DNA of 64,000 nucleotides, from NCBI RefSeq assembly GCF_006345805.1, contig NC_042998.1, positions 114,700,001 to 114,764,000 of the forward strand, in the 5' to 3' direction. The position numbers were made by a program, and so were the translations under genes. Of this stretch, positions 54,206-64,000 are shown piece after piece; positions within the stretch are counted from its first letter, which is position 1; every line of letters starts with the position of its first letter. This DNA comes from Octopus sinensis. Lineage: Eukaryota. Under the pieces are notes generated by a model. That model saw only the letters and a list, made by a program, of their open reading frames with translations. It made no database searches and was not told the DNA's origin.

Positions 54206-54430
54206 AAAGGCTGCGAGCAGGAACAATCGTTAGCACGCCGGGCGAAATGCTTAGTGGCATTTCGTCTGTCTTTACGTTCTGAGTTCAAATCCTGCCGAGG
54301 TCGACTTCACCTTTCAACCTGTCGGGGTCGATAAATTAAGTACCAGTTGCGTACTAGGGTCGATCTAACCGACTGGGTTCTACCCCAAAATTTCGTGGCT
54401 TGTGCCTACATTAGAAAAAAAAAGAAAAAA
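54206..54430 (+). mobile_element. SINE-A
   Basis: cgttagcacgccgggcgaaatgcttag...gttctgagttcaaatcctgccgaggtcgac...taagtaccagttgcgtact. Confidence 0.9.
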
Positions 54431-54435
54431 TATAT

Positions 54436-54524
54436 AAATCCTGGGGTCGATTTGCTCGACTAAAGGCGGTGCTCCAGCATGGCCGCAGTCAAATGAGTGA
54501 AACAAATAAAAGGGTAAAAGAGTA
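54436..54524 (+). mobile_element. SINE-C 3' end
   Basis: cctggggtcgatttgctcgactaaaggcggtgctccagcatggccgcagtcaaatgagtgaaacaa. Confidence 0.85.
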
Positions 54525-54909
54525 TAATATACACGCGTGGCAACCCTTAAACAGTAGTACAACATATAGCTACCAGTACGAACTCAATCAATTGTGCGGT
54601 TGGCAATTTCTTCTCCATCTTTGGACTTTTCCCTTTCCCCTTTCCGACGAAGAGCTCCTTTCACTGAGCGTCAAGCTAAGACAACTCCTGCGCACGTCCT
54701 CTCGATCGTTTCTTTTTATTTTGTTACATTTGAATTGGTATATATATTATATATATATATAATATATATATAATATATATATGCCTGGCAAAACCCCTAA
54801 TATATATTATAACGGGAAGCTTTATGAAAATAGACAAAAGACGAAGGCAGGTGGGAAACAAACAAACAATTGTATTAGTATGGCGCTCAGGAAATATAAA
54901 TAAAACAAG

Positions 54910-54947
54910 TCTTTAACGTTTCGAGCCTACGCTTTTCAACAGAAAGA
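54910..54947 (-). ncRNA. Minimal type I hammerhead-ribozyme-like motif in the PLE terminal repeat
   Basis: Minus strand: UCUUU-CUGUUGA-A-AAGC-GUAG-GCUC-GAA-ACGU-U-AAAGA; helix I 5 bp, palindromic ACGU helix III, GUU site; one helix II mismatch. Confidence 0.45.
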
Positions 54948-55124
54948 TACACAGAGAGAAAAAAACACAGAAAGAAGGAGAGAAAAAAAATGCGTGCAGT
55001 AACTAACGAATCAACATGGCGATCTGATTTCGGCCAGAGGTCAAAGATCAAACATGAGACGCGAGAGCGAAATAAGGGGAGATAATAGGGTTGATAATAG
55101 GGTTGAATGACCAGCTCCAACATG

Positions 55125-55340
55125 AGGGTGTGTGTGTATGAGAGAGTATTAGTGCGTATGAGAGGTCTGGACGTGTGTATGTATAGGGTTGGTGTATGTA
55201 TTAGTATGTATTAGTATGTATAAGGGTGTGTGTGTGTGTGTGTGTGTATGAGAGAGTATTAGTGCGTATGAGAGGTCTGGACGTGTGTATGTATAGGGTT
55301 GGTGTATGTATTAGTATGTATTAGTATGTATTAGTACGTA
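55125..55340. repeat. Tandem duplication, about 110 bp unit, in the PLE 3' UTR
   Basis: atgagagagtattagtgcgtatgagaggtctggacgtg at 55138 and 55248. Confidence 0.9.
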
Positions 55341-55729
55341 TTAGTATGTATTAGTTGGTGTATGTTCGTTAGGTACATCGTATATGATGTGAGTGGTTAA
55401 AGTCGTGTGGTGTAGTGTGGAGTAGAGGAGAAGAGGGGAGGGGAGGGGGAAAGAGTGAGGGGAGGGGGAGGAGGAGAAGAGGAGAAGAGGGGAGAGGGGA
55501 GGGGAGAGGGGAGGGGGAGAGTGAGGGGGAGAAGGAAGGGGAGGAGGAGGGGAGGAGGAAGGAGGAAGGAGGGAGGGGAGGAGAGAAGGGGAGAGTGAGG
55601 GAGCAGAGGGAAGGGGAAGAGGGAAGGAGGGAGGGAGAAAGAGGGAAGAAGGGAAGGGGAGTAGGGGTGAAAGGATGAAGGACTGAAGAAGTAGGGGGTG
55701 GGGGGGAGGTAGGTGAGGAGGGGGGAGAG

Positions 55730-56020
55730 TTGAGATCAAATGGCGTATAAGAGCGAAGAGAGAAGATTAATTCTTGTTCACGGCGCAAACGGGAATCCGG
55801 ATGGCCTCTGTGTAAGGACAAACCGAACACAGATAGGTGTTGCAAGGAGTGACCGGTGGAGCGGAAATGGCGTGAGACCGGTGTGTCGTTCGCAAGGTGG
55901 ATGTCACGAAGGTGTTCCGCGAACCGGTCAGCCAAGCGGCGTCCCGTTTGTCCGATGTACAAGGAATGGCAGAGAGAGCAAGAGACGCAATAGATAATAT
56001 TGCTGGAGGTGCAGGTGAAG
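55730..56020 (-). pseudogene. GIY-YIG endonuclease domain of the PLE
   Basis: TCTSSNIIYCVSCSLCHSLYIGQTGRRLADRFAEHLRDI...VSRHF...RLRREQELIFSLRSYTPFDLN. Confidence 0.88.
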
Positions 56021-57780
56021 GAGTGGATGATGGGATAGGGTCAATGGGGTGGTGCTAGTGAGGAGGGTGGTGTTGGAGAGGTAAGGGCAAGTGCGGCAAC
56101 GTGGGCGGGAGCAGGGGAACGAGCCGGGTTGGGAGGTAGGGTCAGGGAAGGAGCTATGGACCAAAAGGTCTCGAAGGTTGTGGGCTCGTTTGAAAGAGGG
56201 GAGGGGGGTCGGTTAGGGAAGAGGTGTGAAGTGGACGGGTCGAACTGGAGATGACGGAAAGCTCGAAGAATGGTGCGTTGGAGAGGTAGGGTCGTGGGGT
56301 GGTAAGTGAGGGGAAAAGGGAGGCGGGAGACTACAGGGCGTCTTCGGGGAGAGAGAGCAGATACACGGTCCACGGACCGTGCTCTGGCAAGGGCGGTGTG
56401 GATAGTGGTGAGGGGGTATCCACGTAGGGTGAAGTGGTGAGCCATACGTTGAGACTGAGTCTCAAAGTCATGGTCGTCACTACAGAGCCTACGTAGACGG
56501 AGGAATTGGGAATAGGGGATGGAAAGCTTGGTGTGTTCTGGGTGGGAGGAAGAGAAGTTGAGGTATGAGTGTGAGTCTGTGTGTTTGTAGTGAATGGAGG
56601 TGGTAAGAGGGGAGTGAAGAATGCTAACCGAAATGTCGAGGAAGGAGACAGAGGTGTTGGAGATAGTGGAAGTGAAGTGGAGGGCTGGATGGAAAGATTG
56701 GACGAAAGAGAGGAAGGAATCTAGATGTTCACGGGAGAGTGAGGTGGCACCGATAATGTCGTCAATGTAACGACCATATAGTTCAGGAGTGGGACCAGTG
56801 AAATTAGAGAATATTTGGGCCTCAACATAGCCAACGAACAGGTTCGCATAGTTGGGGCCCATTCGCGTTCCCATGGCCACTCCCGAGACCTGATGGTAGA
56901 ACTCGCCCGCGAACGAGAAGCAGTTCAGAGTAAGGACAAGTTCGGCCAGACGAATGAGTGTGGAGGTGTCAGGTACAGGGTTGGAGGGAGGTCAAGAAAG
57001 TGACGAAGGGCCTGCAGTCTTCGTGGTGAGGGATAACAGTATAGAGGCTTTGGATGTCCATAGTAAAAAGGATTTTGGAGGAGCCGGGAGGAAAGGAGAA
57101 AGAGTTGAAAAGCCGGAGAGCATGGTTGGTATCGTGGATGTGGGAGGGAAGAGATGCCCATAGGGGGGCAAGGACACGGTCGAGGTATTTAGAGATGAGC
57201 TCCGTGGGGCAGTTACAGGCGGAGACGATGGGGCGGCCAGGGTTGTGGGTTTGTGGATTTTGGGGAGGAGAAGTAAATGGTGGGGGGTACTTGGGGTTTG
57301 GGTTCGCACAATTAGGTTGGATGCGGGTGGGGGGAGACGGGAGGACGAGATGAGGTCGCGGACAGTAGAGGATACCGTCTGTTGGTAGTACGTGTGGGGT
57401 TAGAGGGCAGAGGGGAGTAGAAGAAGGTGTCATTGAGTTGGCGGAAAGCCTCGGCCCTATAGAGGTCCGCGCGCCACACCACTACAGCTCCACCCTTGTC
57501 AGCCGGTTTGATGATAATGTCAGCGCGCCGTTGGAGGGAACGAAGAGCCAAGAGCTCAGCCGGGGAGATGTTGAGGCGGCGATGGCGCCTGGAGAAGTTG
57601 AACCGCTCCACTGCTAGGATCTGGCCAGGGGCAGGCGTCCACGGGGATGGTCGGCGGCCCAGGCCAGTGAAGCAGTCCTCTTCGTTGGGTTTGGGTGGCG
57701 AGTCGTGGTAATGCGCACCCAACCGGACACGGCGCACAAAGCTGTGGACATCAACTCGCGTCTGGAATTCCTTACAGGAT

Positions 57781-57815
57781 ATATATATATATATATATAT
57801 AACATATGTATATAT

Positions 57816-57860
<45 letters not shown>

Positions 57861-57875
57861 ATGTTATATATATAA
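57781..57875. repeat. (TA)n microsatellite at the PLE 5' junction
   Basis: Seen directly. Confidence 0.9.
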
Positions 57876-58019
57876 TAGGTGTAGGAGTTGTTGTGTGGTA
57901 AGTAGCTTGTTTACCAGCCACATGGTTCTGGGTTCAGTCCCACTGCGTGGTACCTTGTGCAAGTATCGTCTACTATAGCCTCGGGTCGACCAAAGCCTTG
58001 TGAGTAGATTGGGTAGACG
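57876..58019 (+). mobile_element. SINE-C 5' part
   Basis: tgtgtggtaagtagcttg...ggttctgggttcagtcccactgcgtggtaccttgtgcaag...ccaaagccttgtgagt. Confidence 0.85.
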
Positions 58020-58989
58020 ACAGGTCAGTATCTAGAAACTGCAGTCCGTGCGTATCACTTAGGTTGACGAGGGAGGGATGACCTCCCTTTGCAAATACCA
58101 TATGGGCACAGAAAGTGTGCCTAAAGCCAGCTGGAGACGATGTTCTCCTGGAGCTACAAGCTACAGTAACACCCACCCTTAATAGATAGCGATATTGAGA
58201 TGGCAAGTATACCTCAATAACCTAATAAGGTTATCCATGAAATCAGTCAAGCAATATAGATAATCCATAAAAATGTTCAGCCTTACTTAGAACAACGAGA
58301 GTATAATATATAGCAGATACACAAATAAGCATACCAGACTTAACATTTCCATCTTCAGCTGCCCTACTGATATTACCGTGGTTTCAACACTTGGTCAGTA
58401 CCATTGAATGAGGTGGTGTCAGCAGCGTTTATAACGTAAGAATAAAAATATCGAATATAAAATAGTATTAGGGTTTAGCCACAATTTTATAATTAAAAAA
58501 CATAAAAACAGTATCTGATTCAAAATCTATAGTCCACATTAGAACAAATTAATTAAACCTCGTTAAAAAGACGTACAGAACACCCGATAAATAACATGAT
58601 AATAACCACACGAGGAACAACAAACCTCAAATATATACTTAACGAACATAGACTAAGAGATATATTTTCTTTTCTCATTCTATAACATATTCCAAGCATG
58701 AAACAACTCTAAAAACACACTTATGTGTGTGAGTGTGTCTTTCTGCTCGTGTTTCTTTCTTGCCACCACGAATCCCATTTCGCCAACATAAAATGTCTAC
58801 AGTACAATCCTTAACAATGATCGGTGGTGCCCTCACACAAACTAGTGTAGCATTTGATAAAAAAAAAAAACTTCATTTTCCCGTAGCAAACCTTTTTTGT
58901 GAGAATGTAGTATATACATTTTGTCATGCTGAAACATATGAACATATGCCTATAAGGGCAACCGAAAATTATATAATACATACATTTAC

Positions 58990-59077
<88 letters not shown>

Positions 59078-59258
59078 GGAGAGAGAGAGAGACATAAGGT
59101 AAAAAACATATAGTAAACGCACTAACTTTTTAACTTATTAATCAATAGAAATCTACGTACGTTTAATATTAATTTAATGTTTTTATATATACATACATAC
59201 ACACACGCACATGCCTATTATATGCATGTATATGAATATACACATACATGCATACTTA

Positions 59259-60075
59259 CATTGGGTCATCCCTTAATTAATGCGTTCTTTTTTAATCTAA
59301 AATATAACCTCCTTCATTTTCTTTCATCTATCTGGTAGATTTACAAGACCCCTGTTCCAAAATTCACTTGTCCCTGGCGAAAAGTACTCCTCCAGTACTG
59401 TTCTGACCTCTTCTACAGAATTCATACATTTCCCGTCCAAGACGGGGCACTGTCCGGCGAATATGGTGGGTGAGGCATCGTTTCCCATTCAAACTGCTCT
59501 AACTTTTGGAATGTCATCCTCGCTGCATGTGGCTGAGCATTATCCTGATGGAAGAACACCTTTCGACTTGAAACCAAAGATAGTCGTTTTTCTTGTAGCG
59601 TTGACTCGAATGACTGACTGGTTGAATTACCAAATCCAAGATCTGCAAAATCCCTCAACACTTACGATGAAATTTTGTTCAACCAGGGTTTGCAGAATGT
59701 CCTCGTTGAGCATTACAGATCTTCCAGACGAGGCTTGTCTTCTAGGCTGTAGTTTCCGGTTCAGAATTTCTGGAACCGCCGCTGGCACTCGCATAAGCTT
59801 ATTGTTCGATCCCTATATACTGCATTAATATTTCTCTCACTTTCCGTTGCGTTGTTACCTTTATCGAATATACTCCTTTGTCACTTCCATTATAGCTTCG
59901 AAAAAATAACTGCTAAAATCGAACTGCACTCTTCAAAATTTGCACTAAAAATAAGGACGAGGTAAAATTACGACCTGCATTTGTAACAAGTTGATGCAGG
60001 TAGTTTATCCCGCCCTCCTCCGAATTTTATTTCATGCAATTGAAAAAACCGCATTATTTATGAGATGACCTAATA
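59259..60075 (-). mobile_element. Internally deleted mariner (Tc1/mariner, DD34D-type) transposon
   Basis: Imperfect TIRs cattgggtcatcccttaattaatgcg / reverse complement tattaggtcatctcataaataatgcg, flanked by TA; remnants FQKF*TGNYSLEDKPRSGR (HTH) and FFHQDNAQPHAA...HPPYSPDSAPS. Confidence 0.88.
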
Positions 60076-60091
60076 TATATGTATATATATA

Positions 60092-61112
60092 TAAGCCACG
60101 TCTCTTTTCTAAGCCGCTGCCTACATCACCGCTTCATCCCTAAAGGTTTCCGCCTCCATTTCCACCCTGCTCTCCACTCTGCTTCTTCGATCTTACCCAT
60201 ACTCCGCACCACATCTTACCGCCTTATGCGTGCCACCATTCGCTCCAATCTCTCTAAACTACATACCATCGACTGCCTTCTCCCTCCTGCTTTTTCCATC
60301 TTTTTCTCCTCTCTGCCGCCTTTCCATGCTCAAAACACGTTGCGCTTCATTATCCATTTAAATCACCTCTTCCATCAATTTCTTTCCAATACCAAACTTC
60401 GTAATCTCCAATCACTCCTCTATTCCATCACACCCGACGCCACTACCCCAACTCCTTCACTACCTTTCTCTCCTCCTGATAGGCTCCACCCACCCACCCA
60501 CACCTAACCCCACTGTCCCTCCTAACAACCCCCACACACCTCCCCCTCACTCCTCAGACCTCCACTAGCCCTACCACCCCTCCTACTCCTATTCCATCCA
60601 CCCCCTCCTACTTCTATTCCTTCCACCCCATCTCCACTTCCGTCTGTAGTTACCATTCCCCCTGACCTTCCCCTCTCTGCGGCGGAACGCTCCGTCCTCA
60701 GTAGGGGTCTGTCTTTCATCCCCCTCACTCCATCCTGTAAGGAATTCCAGACGCGTGCTGATGTCCACAGTTTTGTGCGCCGCGTCCGGTTGGGTGCGTT
60801 TTTCCGCGACATACCACCCGCATCCAACGATGAGGACTGCTTCACTTACCTGGGCCGCCGACCATCCCTGTGGACGCCTGCCCCCGGCCAGTTCCAAGCT
60901 GTGGATCTTTTCGCGGGTGCCTGTCAGCGCGCGTTGGAGCGGTTCTTATTGTTTCTCTCCTTGTTTCTTTTCTGTGTATCTTTCTGTCGAAGAGCGTAGG
61001 CTCGAAACATAAAAGACTTGTTATATTTCTATTCCTGAGCGCCATACTAATACATTTGTTTGTTTGTACTCCACCTGCCTTCGCCTTTTGTTTATTTTCG
61101 TAAACCTTCCCG
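60092..61112 (+). mobile_element. PLE of the same family: N-terminal ORF region fused directly to the terminal repeat
   Basis: SHVSFLSRCLHHRFIPKGFRL...LSAAERSVLSRGLSFIP...RRVRLGAFF...SLWTPAPG; 60733-60945 homologous to about 57780-57599 (-); terminal repeat from 60946. Confidence 0.88.
60979..61016 (+). ncRNA. Minimal type I hammerhead-ribozyme-like motif in the PLE terminal repeat
   Basis: UCUUU-CUGUCGA-A-GAGC-GUAG-GCUC-GAA-ACAU-A-AAAGA; helices I and II perfect, helix III CpG-decayed. Confidence 0.45.
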
Positions 61113-61114
61113 CT

Positions 61115-61162
<48 letters not shown>

Positions 61163-61218
61163 CACAAAAAAAACATACGTTTTGAAAGCTGGTATACACA
61201 TACATTTTGAAAATTGGC

Positions 61219-61500
<282 letters not shown>

Positions 61501-62039
61501 ATATAACATTTATATATATATACAGAGAGAGAGAGAGGTGGGGGAGAATGAGATAGATTTATAGAGGGATAGCTATATACATGGATAGATACATACATAT
61601 ATACATAGATAGAAAGACAAAGAGTCAGACAGATAGGCAGAGAGACAGACGGGCACATAGCTAGCTAGCTAGATAGATAAATATAGAGATGAGCACACTA
61701 CATACGTTCATACAGAAATAGGTATTAACTACCTCATTACTATATCCGTGCAAATGCGCGTTTGTTTCTGTGTCTGTACATGTGTGTAATTGTGATGTGT
61801 GTATGTGTGTGTATGATTTGTGCATGAATGTGTGTATAAATGTGTGTGATAGTGTGTGTATATAATGTGAGTATGAGTGAGCGTGTGAGTGCGTGCGTGC
61901 GAAATATTGATATCGGACATTTTTTTTTTATCACTTAAAAATAACTTCTGAAGAAGACTGTTTGCCTGGAGCAATTAGTAGATATTGTGGGCAATGCTTT
62001 TAAGCGTTATGAAATATGTAAGAGCCAGATATAAGTGTA

Positions 62040-62225
62040 TAGATACATACTGAATTTGATATGTATATGTGTGTATATACATATATGTATATACATATAT
62101 ATATATATATCTGTGTGTGTGTATGAGTGTATATATATATATATATATATATATACAAACACACACATATATATATGCATACACATATTTACATATACAT
62201 TCATATACATTTGTGTGTGTGTATG

Positions 62226-62258
<33 letters not shown>

Positions 62259-62590
62259 CTGTGTGTGTTATATGTCAGATATGTAGATATAGATATTGTA
62301 CAACATCAAAAAGTTTTTAATCTATATATATGTGCACACTTGCATGTAAGCACACGCTCTCACACATTCGCACATACACACACGCATACATATATATCTA
62401 CACGACAGTGTGTTATATATATCGATGCAAATATGTGTATATGCATGTATGTATGTCTTTGTACGTTCTTATATAGCGATTCATACACGCACACACGCAC
62501 TGACACATGCACAAATACCGGCATATATATAAGTAAGCGTGTATGTATGTATGTATGTATGTATGTATGTATGTATATATATATATAAGT
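62040..62590. repeat. (TA)n/(TG)n/(GTAT)n microsatellite field
   Basis: Seen directly. Confidence 0.88.
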
Positions 62591-63863
62591 ATACATGTGT
62601 TCATGTGTGTATAAGCATATAGATTCATTGAAAACGTAGAGATAGAATTTCAGTCGATTAAGAATTAAGAAAATGTTTAAGTCATCTGTGCTATGAATGG
62701 TTAGCAATTGAAAATGAAGCGAAACAAGAAATAGCAGAAACAAAAAATAGCAACAACAACATAGAAAAACATGAAAAAACAATTGCAGTAGATGCGAAGT
62801 TAAAGAAAAAAACGTGAATGCTGAATATCTCTGCTCTGTTGAGTAATTTAAAATATATCTTTCTTTTTCTTACTTGAAAATATGTGACAAATTTGAAATG
62901 ATGATAATGGAATGTTGAAAAGACTTTGTGGATTTTTACTGGATCTTATTTCTTAAGTAATTTAATCAGTTGTATTCAGTTATGAAAAACTAAGGTAACC
63001 TAAAATGAGGTTAAACTATATGAAACCACTTAATGAAATATCTAGTCTTCCTACTTATCTGCTATTATTGTACAATCGTTTAACTGGGAAGATAGAGTGT
63101 AGGAAAAATGGTTGATTGTTGACACAACTATATTTTTTATGCGTCAATATATCTTTCGTTCACACCATATGCTAATGAATTAAGCCGAAAAAAAGTACAA
63201 GTGGTAACTTATATGTGTTTGTACTCCAGATATAAAAAGGGATCCCTATACTCATATCCATACTGTAAGAAAACTCTTGAGACATCTGTGTATATGGAAA
63301 TGGAAATTTGTACATATTTCATACTCAAGGAGAAAAAAAATCTATATACAACTCAAATCTATATGCAACAATGCTCAATAAAATAAAGACATGGGCATGC
63401 GTATACTCTAGGGAAATCCTTTAAGCATCTCTATACTCAATCGAAAAATCTAACCGTATCTCTATACATAATTTAATATTTAAGATTTCCACAGTAATAA
63501 ATAATAAAATGAAATACAAACCTCTCTATCGACACAAAAAACCTAAACACGTCTTTATACTGAACAGCATATCTACGCACACTTATGAATTTTTGATAAA
63601 TGTTACGTACACTTCTATGTTGAAAGGGAAAATCTCAATATTGAACGAGGAGCTAAACACATTAATAAATATGATACCTTAGCACATTTCTCTACTGAAG
63701 GGAGAAGCTAATGTACACCATATCTATGTAAAACCAAGATGACATTAAGATGGCCAGATAGATGTTAACAGAAATAGTAGCTAAATTTCACTTAGGTCAT
63801 CATATAGTTTAAAATGCAAAGGTGCATTAGAGACTCTTATTTCTAAGACATGAAGAAGCTCAC

Positions 63864-64000
63864 GCGGTGAGCTGGCAAAATCTTTAACATGCTGGGCAAA
63901 ATGCTCAGCGGTATTTAGGGCGGCGAGCTGGCAGAAACGTTAGCACGTCGGGCGAAATGCTCAGCGGTGTTTCGTCTGTCGTTACGTTCTGAGTTCAAAT
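63864..64000 (+). mobile_element. SINE-A head fragment followed by a SINE-A running off the window end
   Basis: gcggtgagctggcaaaatc...; agggcggcgagctggcagaaacgttagcacgtcgggcgaaatg...gttctgagttcaaat. Confidence 0.88.

Larger units (their letters stand above)
54813..57780 (-). mobile_element. Penelope-like element, 5'-truncated: RT + GIY-YIG endonuclease + long 3' UTR + terminal repeat
   Basis: GRPIVSACNCPTE, FTMDIQSLYTVIPH, AMGTRMGPNYANLF, YGRYIDD, FLDISV, YKHTDSHSYL, CSRPRCRTCPY, NIIYCVSCSLCHSLYIGQTGRRLADRFAEH; several frameshifts; (TA)n at both ends. Confidence 0.93.

Noticed and set aside
54600-54740. ccgacgaagagct... segment resembling another PLE terminal repeat
   Set aside because: The part that would carry helix II 3' strand and GAAA is absent; cannot be called a ribozyme or assigned to a family from this window.
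57794-57874. Apparent palindrome around (TA)n like the one at 18 kb
   Set aside because: The non-(TA) part is only the self-complementary 10-mer aacatatgtt, so direct and inverted repetition cannot be distinguished.

Overview
Repeat-dense, AT-rich eukaryotic DNA with a very high microsatellite load. It is most likely from an octopus: this is an inference from three abundant tRNA-derived SINE families, labelled SINE-A/B/C here, that resemble the OK/OR SINEs of Octopus. I cannot support any host protein-coding exon, true tRNA/rRNA/snRNA gene or CRISPR array, and almost all ORF-track entries are translations of microsatellites. All recognisable coding sequence belongs to transposons. (1) Penelope-like elements (PLEs): a near-complete RT + GIY-YIG copy at 54813-57780 (-), an internally deleted 5' copy of the same family at 60092-61112 (+), and an older PLE with inverted arms at 6994-9235. 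(2) R4/Dong-like LINEs with a restriction-like endonuclease (REL), including a 2.7 kb tandem duplication at about 39958-45354 whose copies differ largely by small indels, possibly an assembly artefact. (3) A CR1/L2-type RT fragment. (4) An internally deleted mariner with TIRs. (5) A 159 bp hAT-type MITE with a perfect 8 bp TSD. There is a 100-N scaffold gap at 49062-49161. The most interesting signal is a minimal type I hammerhead-ribozyme-like motif with a non-canonical core (CUGUYGA instead of CUGANGA), present in three copies of the PLE terminal repeat. Other notable structures are (TA)n-centred double palindromes, SINE arrays sharing a triplicated target site, and an unexplained inverted repeat next to an octamer-motif cluster at 30.7-32.6 kb. 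I found no clearly new multi-gene system. All alignments were done by eye, so boundaries are approximate unless exact motifs are quoted.
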